Below are positions 57,327 through 64,000 of a DNA stretch of 64,000 nt, piece after piece (position 1 is the first letter of the stretch; each line of letters begins with the position of its first letter). This DNA comes from an uncultured Clostridia bacterium (GTDB lineage: Bacteria; Bacillota; Clostridia; RUG12999): contig CAKVOK010000002.1 of assembly GCA_934792465.1 (NCBI GenBank), forward strand, positions 23,109 to 87,108. Reading direction: 5' to 3'. The position numbers and the translations under genes were made by a program. The notes beneath the pieces were generated by a model. It was not told the origin of the DNA. It saw only the letters and a list, made by a program, of their open reading frames with translations, and ran no database searches.

Positions 57327-58532
57327 ATGAAGAAGTTTTTTGCTGCGGTTTCGGCGGCAATATGGCTCACGGTCGGCGTTTCGGCAAACGATAACTGCCT
57401 GATGTATCATGATTTTGAGGGGATTACCGACAATGCCGAAACGTATATTTCGGATACGGAAAGTATTATAACATCAAGTACGAACAGCGGATTGAAAAAT
57501 TATGATTTTATATTTGAAAACGGAAGTACAAGACTTTGCTTTACCGCTTACAAATCCGGAGAATTAACGGGCAATGCATCGAGAAAATTTGCATTTGTGT
57601 TCCCTGAATACAGTCCTGAAAAATATCCCGGCACAAAGCTTGTGCTTGGATATGATGAAACGGTATATGAAAGAAGGGACGGAAACAATATTCATATGAA
57701 TGTGTCCGACGGCACCGGAAAACAGATGACGCAGCTTTTTGCATTCCCGGAGGGAGATTCCGATAAGCTGCGTATGCTTATGAAAGATACGGTATACGTG
57801 CGTCACGGAGAAAATACCGAATACAGGCTGACAGCAGATATAGGTACGCAAAAATTTGTGTTCGGCGTTGGAGAGAATTTCAGCAAGGAGTATGATTTTC
57901 AAAGCAATATATCGGAGATTTCAATGATTTCATGGTTACCGACAAAGAATGAAAAATATTCCCTGGATAATATATATGCATGGGTTGTGCCGAATACGTT
58001 TTCGGTATCGGAATATACAAAAAAAATAAGAGTTTCCGATAAAAAAATATCTGTGTATTTATCAGCTCCGGCGGACAAAACCGTATTGGACAAAATAAGT
58101 GTTAATAATGAGAAAAGCGGATTTTTTGTAACACAGAATTTTAAGAAAGCACAGCTGGATATAGTTCTTAAAAATGTTTCTTACGGCGAAAAGTATAAAA
58201 TAAGCTTTGAGGACGGATTTAAAGACATTGCCGGGAATAAGATGACTGCGGAATTTGAAGCGGTAGCCGAAAGCTTTCCCGAATTTAATATTGATTCATC
58301 ATATGAGCATATCGGAAACGATATAAAATATCGGGCATATGCCGAAAATCCATCCGAAAGCAGTGCAAAAGCATATATTATTGCCGGACTCTATGACGAA
58401 AACGGCATACTTACTCAATGTGCATTTTTTGAAGGTATGTTTAAACCTATGCAAAAGCAGGGATTTGAGGGTGTGTTCAAGGATTGTGCAAATTCAAATG
58501 TAAGGATATATGCGGCAGCAAAAGAGGGGTGA
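57327..58532 (+). CDS. Secreted ConA/LamG-like domain protein with a C-terminal Ig-like domain (Y-E-x-D-F family member)
   Basis: It has a signal peptide (WLTVGVSAND), then CLMYHDFEG. Aligned blocks are TNSGLKNYDF / TNSGLKSIDF and PGTKLVLGYDETVY / PNTKLVVSFSEYI. The core ends YSLDNIYAW. Confidence 0.5.
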   Translation: MKKFFAAVSAAIWLTVGVSANDNCLMYHDFEGITDNAETYISDTESIITSSTNSGLKNYDFIFENGSTRLCFTAYKSGELTGNASRKFAFVFPEYSPEKYPGTKLVLGYDETVYERRDGNNIHMNVSDGTGKQMTQLFAFPEGDSDKLRMLMKDTVYVRHGENTEYRLTADIGTQKFVFGVGENFSKEYDFQSNISEISMISWLPTKNEKYSLDNIYAWVVPNTFSVSEYTKKIRVSDKKISVYLSAPADKTVLDKISVNNEKSGFFVTQNFKKAQLDIVLKNVSYGEKYKISFEDGFKDIAGNKMTAEFEAVAESFPEFNIDSSYEHIGNDIKYRAYAENPSESSAKAYIIAGLYDENGILTQCAFFEGMFKPMQKQGFEGVFKDCANSNVRIYAAAKEG

Positions 58533-58536
58533 GCAT

Positions 58537-61500
58537 ATGAAGAAAATAATTGTATTTATTATAATGCTCGCCGTTATTACAATGCAGGCTGCCGCATATG
58601 TCACGGAACCGCTTACTGTGTATGACGGCAAGCTCGGCATGTACGAAACGAAGGTATATACGGACGAAGCGGTAACGCTTAAAGCATATTCGGGCGGCGA
58701 GGAAGCGGAAAGCGTGTCGAAGCTGACATCGGGCGGCGGATATATAGGTATCCGTACAAAAAAAGATATGGAATACAAGCTGTTTCGCAACGGAACGGAA
58801 ATAATTCCGCAAAGCTTTGATTATACGGCAGATTTTACGGTGACGGGAACCTCGGCAAATAGCGGATATTCGCCGCAGGAAAAGCTGTATTTTGAATTTT
58901 CCGAACCGATACTTCAAAGCAGTATCGGCTCAATAAAGGTGTATGCGAACGGCAAAGAGGAAAACGTCACCGTTTCGGCTGCGGAAAATAGGATAGAAAT
59001 ATCGAGGGCAAAAGGTTTGTTTGCTTATAATACGGATTTTAAGGTTGATTTGAGCGAACTTTGCGATTTGCTTGAAAGAAAGCTTGAAATCAGCGTATAC
59101 GAATTTAAAAGCTGCGATGTATCGGAAAATTTTTCGGTGTATCAGGAAGCAAAGGTATTTTCGCAGGCAGGTATAGGCGGATTCGCCATGCTTGCGGAAT
59201 TAAGCGGAGATACGGTTTTTCATTTTTCGAGAAAGACGCAGATTCCGAAAAGCGAAGCACTTCCGTTTGTTCCGTCATGCTATGCGAAAATATACGACCC
59301 GAACGGACGGCTCGCATACATATATGATTTTACATATTCGGAAACAGGTACGGAAATTCGGGAAGTATCGCTTCCGTATATGGAGGGAATATGGCAGATT
59401 CAGTTCATAAGCGGACGGGAAAAGGATATTCTCGGCATAGGCATATCGAATGCCGAAAGCTGGGGCGTAAGAGGAGAAACGATTCTCGGCATTACAGAAA
59501 CAACGCTGAAAAGCAGTTATGTTTATGTTGCGGAAAAAGCGGACAGCATGATAGTATCTTCAACGGCAGGCAGCAGCTTTAAAATATACGCTGAGGACGG
59601 AACGCCGAAAGGTACTTCGGGCACTGTTTCGGGAAAAACATTCGCAAGAACAAATTGTGAAATAAGCAATATTTCGGCAGATGAAGTGTATCGCATAGAA
59701 TTGGACGAATATTTCCGTGACGGAATCATAGTGGACAGAATACCGTCGCTTATGTGTCCCACAGCGGAAATGGCAAGGACGCTTAAAGGCGGCTGGGAAG
59801 ATGCCGACGGCATAATCGTGCAGGGGGCAGTGCAGAAAAATATGCGGAAAGAAGCGTTACGGCTGCTCAGAGAGAAAAATTTGAACGTATCAGCACCGCA
59901 AAAACCGCAGCAGCTGCCGAATATCGAAAACCCTGTTGCGGAAAGCCTTATGTTCGGCTCATACGGTCTTGTATCTCCTGTCGGCGACCAAATAAAACGC
60001 CAGGTAACAGATCCGTCAAGCCCGTATCTCGGCAGATTTTTGACAACGGCGGAATATAATTCGGGTAATATGGTTTCGTGGGAAACGGGAAACTATAATG
60101 CATGGGGTTCAACGGCATTCGGCGCACTTGCCGCAACAAATGCGGAGCTTAATTATTTCTACGAAAACGAAGCGCTGATAAACAGAAGTGCATTGTCGAT
60201 TCTCGGCAGTCTTGCGGCGCTTTCGGAGGATTTTATCATACGTGAGGGAAACGATGCGGCGAATTATCCGACAACGCACGGGAATTTTTATTTCAGCTGG
60301 ATTTCCAAATGCTATGCATATATAAGGGATTATCTCGATGAGCAGACAAAAAATACCATAGATTTGGGTATTTCCGCACTTTGCGACAAACAGGGAAATT
60401 ACAGAGGAATGAGAGTGAATAATCAATGGATGTTCACTGTGACGGCTGTTGAAGCGGTATCGAGGTCGGTGGGCGAAAACCGTCATTTGGATTTCGCCAA
60501 GCGGCATATAAGAGGGCTTGCGAACGGCTCGCATCTCGGCTGGCAGGGTCAAAGCTCGGCAGGCTATTATATTGAAAACAACGGGTGCGACGGCTCGTAT
60601 CACAATCTTAACCGACAACTCATATATACAATGTACAAGGAGCATAAGGCTTCGGAAAACGCAGACGGAGAAATTCTTGCTATGCTTAGTGAATCGATAA
60701 AAAAGAATGTTGAATTTGCCTCTCTGTTTTGGGTAACACAGCCGGAATATACGGATGCATACGGCCCGAACTGCTTTACGACCAGAACAGACGCAGCGGC
60801 AGAATGTATAGACCATATGGCATATCCGGCTATAGCCGATGAATTTCCGCTTGCAAAACGCAGATTTGAGGTTCAGAATATGCCGAAAAAAGGATTCGGC
60901 GGAGCAGGAACATTTCCGTATTATGTCAACAATGACGAATGGGCAATGCGCCTTATAAACCGATATTGGACTTCATACGAAAATGGGACGAGAGGATATT
61001 CCTCAAACGGAAGTCCGCAATGGTATGAAGTATTGAAAAATCGTGATAATTGCACAGCGGAACCGCTTCCGTGCGAATATGAAAGCGGAATTTGGGAAGA
61101 ACCGGGTATTATTGCAGTAAAGCATAAGGGTATATATTTCAATGTCTTTTATGCGTTCCCGGAAAGCATTTCCATGCCGGAAAAGTCGTATATGGGCGGA
61201 GGAATCACAATGCTTTGGAGCGAGCCTACGGGAACGGTTGTTGCTTCCGAAAAGCATAAAAACTATCCGAATGTGAGAAATGCCGATGATATAAGGGCGA
61301 CTTGCGTATACGGCGAAAACGAAAACGGCGGATTTATATTCAACGGGAAAGGCAAGGCAGAGCTTGAGTGGCTTGAAAACGGAAAAAGCTTTGAAATTTC
61401 GGAAAGTATACCGAACAGCTCAGCAAGCGTTGCATGGACATATACTCTGCTTGAAGATTGCGTTGAAATGAAAGTTAAAGCAAGCGGTATTACAAACGGA

Positions 61501-61956
61501 GCGGTGAATATTCCGATAAAAAAGACAGAGGAAAAAGCCGTTGTGACAAGTGATGAAAATGCTGTGTATTATACATACGGAAATGAGGAGGTCGCATTTT
61601 CGAGCGAGAATGAATGCAGCGTAATAGCGGACGGCAATATATCAAAACTGCGTGTGAAGCTTGACGGGAATAACGAGGCGAAAATTATGATTTCCGCACA
61701 GCTTACGGGAGGATTACAGATAGCAGAGGAAAACGGCGGAGATGTAACACTGCTGAACGGAAACGCAGGGACAAAAAATGCAGATGTTTATTATGTGGAA
61801 TATGACAAAAAGGGACGAATTACATCAGCAGAAAAACGAACAGTGTCTGTAAAGGCGCATGAATACAAAAAGATTTATATTACAGATGGAAAGCGTATAT
61901 TTATATGGGACGGAAATATGAGTCCCGTGCAGCGGAAAGGAATGGTACGGCAATGA
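58537..61956 (+). CDS. Large secreted protein (~1140 aa), paralog of 51200-54616, with N-terminal Ig-like domains instead of SLH repeats. It is a candidate novel glycan-active enzyme.
   Basis: It has a signal peptide (MLAVITMQAAA). Blocks shared with 51200 are IPSLMCPTAEMARTLKGGW, NYFYENEAL, GCDGSYHNLN, and the Y.NFR/FYAFPE and WSE.TGG regions near the C-terminus. I place the start at ATG 58537. Confidence 0.55.
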   Translation: MKKIIVFIIMLAVITMQAAAYVTEPLTVYDGKLGMYETKVYTDEAVTLKAYSGGEEAESVSKLTSGGGYIGIRTKKDMEYKLFRNGTEIIPQSFDYTADFTVTGTSANSGYSPQEKLYFEFSEPILQSSIGSIKVYANGKEENVTVSAAENRIEISRAKGLFAYNTDFKVDLSELCDLLERKLEISVYEFKSCDVSENFSVYQEAKVFSQAGIGGFAMLAELSGDTVFHFSRKTQIPKSEALPFVPSCYAKIYDPNGRLAYIYDFTYSETGTEIREVSLPYMEGIWQIQFISGREKDILGIGISNAESWGVRGETILGITETTLKSSYVYVAEKADSMIVSSTAGSSFKIYAEDGTPKGTSGTVSGKTFARTNCEISNISADEVYRIELDEYFRDGIIVDRIPSLMCPTAEMARTLKGGWEDADGIIVQGAVQKNMRKEALRLLREKNLNVSAPQKPQQLPNIENPVAESLMFGSYGLVSPVGDQIKRQVTDPSSPYLGRFLTTAEYNSGNMVSWETGNYNAWGSTAFGALAATNAELNYFYENEALINRSALSILGSLAALSEDFIIREGNDAANYPTTHGNFYFSWISKCYAYIRDYLDEQTKNTIDLGISALCDKQGNYRGMRVNNQWMFTVTAVEAVSRSVGENRHLDFAKRHIRGLANGSHLGWQGQSSAGYYIENNGCDGSYHNLNRQLIYTMYKEHKASENADGEILAMLSESIKKNVEFASLFWVTQPEYTDAYGPNCFTTRTDAAAECIDHMAYPAIADEFPLAKRRFEVQNMPKKGFGGAGTFPYYVNNDEWAMRLINRYWTSYENGTRGYSSNGSPQWYEVLKNRDNCTAEPLPCEYESGIWEEPGIIAVKHKGIYFNVFYAFPESISMPEKSYMGGGITMLWSEPTGTVVASEKHKNYPNVRNADDIRATCVYGENENGGFIFNGKGKAELEWLENGKSFEISESIPNSSASVAWTYTLLEDCVEMKVKASGITNGAVNIPIKKTEEKAVVTSDENAVYYTYGNEEVAFSSENECSVIADGNISKLRVKLDGNNEAKIMISAQLTGGLQIAEENGGDVTLLNGNAGTKNADVYYVEYDKKGRITSAEKRTVSVKAHEYKKIYITDGKRIFIWDGNMSPVQRKGMVRQ

Positions 61957-64000
61957 GCAAGGCGGAATGGATGAGCGGAAAATACGGTGTTATGGTTCAT
62001 TATCTTTCGCATATACTTTCGGCAGACGGTACAAAAAAGCTGTCGCCGAACGAAATGGCGGAGAATTTTAATGTAAAAGAATTTGTGAAAAGTATAAAGA
62101 GAATGGGCGCAAGCTGGGTTATATTCCCGATAGGACAAAACACGGGATTTTATTGGTCGGAAAATCCGTATATAGAGAAGCTTGCGCCGGGACATTGCGC
62201 AAATCGTGACCTTATTTCGGATATTGCGGAGGAACTTAATGTGCAGGGCATACGGTTTATCGCATATCTGCCGACAGAAACGGATGCGCAAAGCGAGGAA
62301 ATGAGAAAGGCGTTCGGCTGGGATTTGTCGGCGGACAAAAAAGAATTTATGAAAAGATATATTCCGATTGTAAGATATTATGCGGAAAAATTCGGCGATA
62401 AACTCAGCGGCTGGTGGTTTGACGGCAATTACAAATCGTCTGAAAAATCGTTTTTAAGAACGCATGACTGGGATAACGGCAGATTTGACAGGGAAGAATG
62501 GTTTGCTGCCGTTAAGGCGGGAAACCCCGAAGCTGCGGTTGCTATGTGTACAGGTGCAAATCATATGGGATATGTTTTTGAGGAAGAGGAGTATTTGCCC
62601 GGAGAAACGAATGATTTGACGCATTTCCCATGGGAATATGACAGCCGGGAAAAACAGTGGCACGTACTTACGTGGCTGGATTGCTTCTGGATGTACGGCG
62701 AGGGCAAAATGCCTCCTTTGAGATATTCAAACAAGACATTGTATGAATATGTCAGAAGATGCACCGACAAAAAAGGTGCGGTCACGCTGAATATAGGAAT
62801 ATATGAGGACGGCACACTTGCAGAGGAGGCCGTTCACCAGGTCGAGGGACTGCGTACTGCGCTTGCCGTTGAAAATCCTATAGAGTTGACAAATATATAC
62901 GGAGAATTGATTAAAAAATTTGAAATCCATGCGGATAGTATGAAAGACGAAATGCCGTATGAGCCGGCGGCATGCGAGGACGGAATGTATGCCGAAAAAG
63001 GTTCGGAACTTAGCAGTATGTGGAACTGGACAACATCGTTTGTAACGGGTCTTGCGCCTATGTATTATCAGGTTGAAAAGTCGGAAAAATATTTGAAATG
63101 GGCAAATGCTTTTGAAAAATATTATCATGCGAAGATGTTTGATACGCCGCTTGAAAGTATGCACGATATAGGTTTTTTATACAGTCCGTACAGCGTGGCA
63201 ATGCATAAGCTTACGGGTGATATGTCGCACAGAAACGACGCACTTCGTGCAGCAGATGAGCTTGCAAAACGTTTCGATATAAACGGACGGTATATTGACG
63301 CATGGGGACGTATGAATGACGACGGCAGAACAGGCAGAGCGATTATAGATTGCATGATGAATATAGCACTGCTGATGTGGGCATTTAAAGAAACGGGTCA
63401 TACGTATTACCGTGACGTCGCAAAGGCACATGCAGATACTACGAAAAAATATTTTATACGTGACGATTTTTCGGTTGCACATTCGTTTGATTTCGACAGA
63501 AAAACAGGCAAGGTTTTGAGAGAAAACAACGGCTGCGGATATGCAAACGGCAGCTGGTGGGCGAGAGGAACGGCATGGGCGATTTACGGCTTCGCTCTTA
63601 TCGGCAGATACGAAGAGGAATACGCTCGGCTTTCGGAGAAAATAGCCAAGGCTTATATAGGCCGGCTCGAAAAGGATAAATATGTGCCTGTCTGGGACTT
63701 CAGACTGCCGAAAGATATGCCGGCAAAGAAGTGCGGCACAGAACCTGCCGATTGGGACGAAACAGACGCAAGGAATAAAATATATAATGTAGATACGTCC
63801 GCTGCGGCAATATCGGCGTGCGGAATGCTTACGCTGTATGAACTCGGCGGCAGCACGGATATGCTTTCTTTCGCAGTGAAAACGCTGGAAGCGCTTAGTG
63901 CGGAATATGTGAACAGAAACGTGAATGTTCCCGGCATTCTGAAATATCAGAACGGGCAGAAATCATATACAACCTACGGCGATTATTTCTATACGGAGCT
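61953..64000 (+). CDS. Two-domain glycoside-hydrolase fusion. The N-terminal half is an uncharacterised GH-like module; the C-terminal half is a GH88/GH105-like unsaturated uronyl hydrolase domain. The 3' end lies outside the window.
   Basis: My in-frame translation finds no stop codon to the window end. The N-terminal half includes GASWVIFPIGQNTGFYWSENPY...GWWFDGNYKS. The C-terminal half includes HDIGFLYSPYSVAMHKL, RAIIDCMMNIALLMWAF and WWARGTAWAIYGFALIGRY, which match GH88/105 motifs. The start overlaps the stop of the upstream gene (ATGA). Confidence 0.55.
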   Translation, partial: MSKAEWMSGKYGVMVHYLSHILSADGTKKLSPNEMAENFNVKEFVKSIKRMGASWVIFPIGQNTGFYWSENPYIEKLAPGHCANRDLISDIAEELNVQGIRFIAYLPTETDAQSEEMRKAFGWDLSADKKEFMKRYIPIVRYYAEKFGDKLSGWWFDGNYKSSEKSFLRTHDWDNGRFDREEWFAAVKAGNPEAAVAMCTGANHMGYVFEEEEYLPGETNDLTHFPWEYDSREKQWHVLTWLDCFWMYGEGKMPPLRYSNKTLYEYVRRCTDKKGAVTLNIGIYEDGTLAEEAVHQVEGLRTALAVENPIELTNIYGELIKKFEIHADSMKDEMPYEPAACEDGMYAEKGSELSSMWNWTTSFVTGLAPMYYQVEKSEKYLKWANAFEKYYHAKMFDTPLESMHDIGFLYSPYSVAMHKLTGDMSHRNDALRAADELAKRFDINGRYIDAWGRMNDDGRTGRAIIDCMMNIALLMWAFKETGHTYYRDVAKAHADTTKKYFIRDDFSVAHSFDFDRKTGKVLRENNGCGYANGSWWARGTAWAIYGFALIGRYEEEYARLSEKIAKAYIGRLEKDKYVPVWDFRLPKDMPAKKCGTEPADWDETDARNKIYNVDTSAAAISACGMLTLYELGGSTDMLSFAVKTLEALSAEYVNRNVNVPGILKYQNGQKSYTTYGDYFYTE

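Noticed and set aside
60109-60816. 235-aa minus-strand ORF
   Set aside because: It lies antisense within the 58537-61956 gene, which has a conserved paralog.
1-64000. CRISPR arrays, rRNA operons, transposases and integrases
   Set aside because: There are no regularly spaced direct repeats, no rRNA-like sequence and no transposase-like ORF. The only recombinase is the chromosomal xerD.

Overview
This 64-kb window comes from a low-GC, spore-forming Firmicute (Clostridia-like). Its spoIIM and hemZ-type genes and many SLH cell-wall-anchoring domains place it there, along with LplABC/YtcP-type sugar ABC transporters. Every supportable gene is on the + strand; none of the 76 minus-strand ORFs is supportable.

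The first ~7.8 kb is a housekeeping stretch: proC (3' end), spoIIM, xerD, secG, an MBL hydrolase, a HemZ-like radical SAM protein, rqcH and queA.

The next 8.5 kb is accessory-like. It holds an orphan HTH antitoxin-like gene, a LemA–DUF2207 pair, an orphan AgrC/LytS-like membrane kinase, and tandem SLH-anchored paralogs, one of which carries a CAP domain.

From ~16.2 kb to the end of the window there are two adjacent cell-surface glycan-utilisation modules. Each module contains:
- SLH-anchored large secreted proteins;
- a transmembrane one-component AraC-type sensor regulator;
- a full LplB/LplC/solute-binding-protein ABC importer.

The first module also carries recognisable enzymes: a heparinase II/III-like lyase, a GH88/GH105 unsaturated uronyl hydrolase, a GH95 fucosidase and an SGNH esterase.

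The second module is dominated by proteins with no recognisable catalytic family:
- a paralogous pair of ~1140-aa proteins;
- a family of ConA/LamG-like secreted paralogs sharing an N-terminal Y-E-x-D-F motif.

This second module is the best candidate for undescribed biology in the window.

I also see non-coding structure that the gene calls do not explain:
- a variable-length MITE-like interspersed repeat family, with at least 4 copies inserted at or after terminators;
- a recurring long hairpin family;
- a ~45-nt cis-element placed at identical spacing upstream of two sigma-A-like promoters.

I found no rRNA, tRNA, CRISPR array or transposase.
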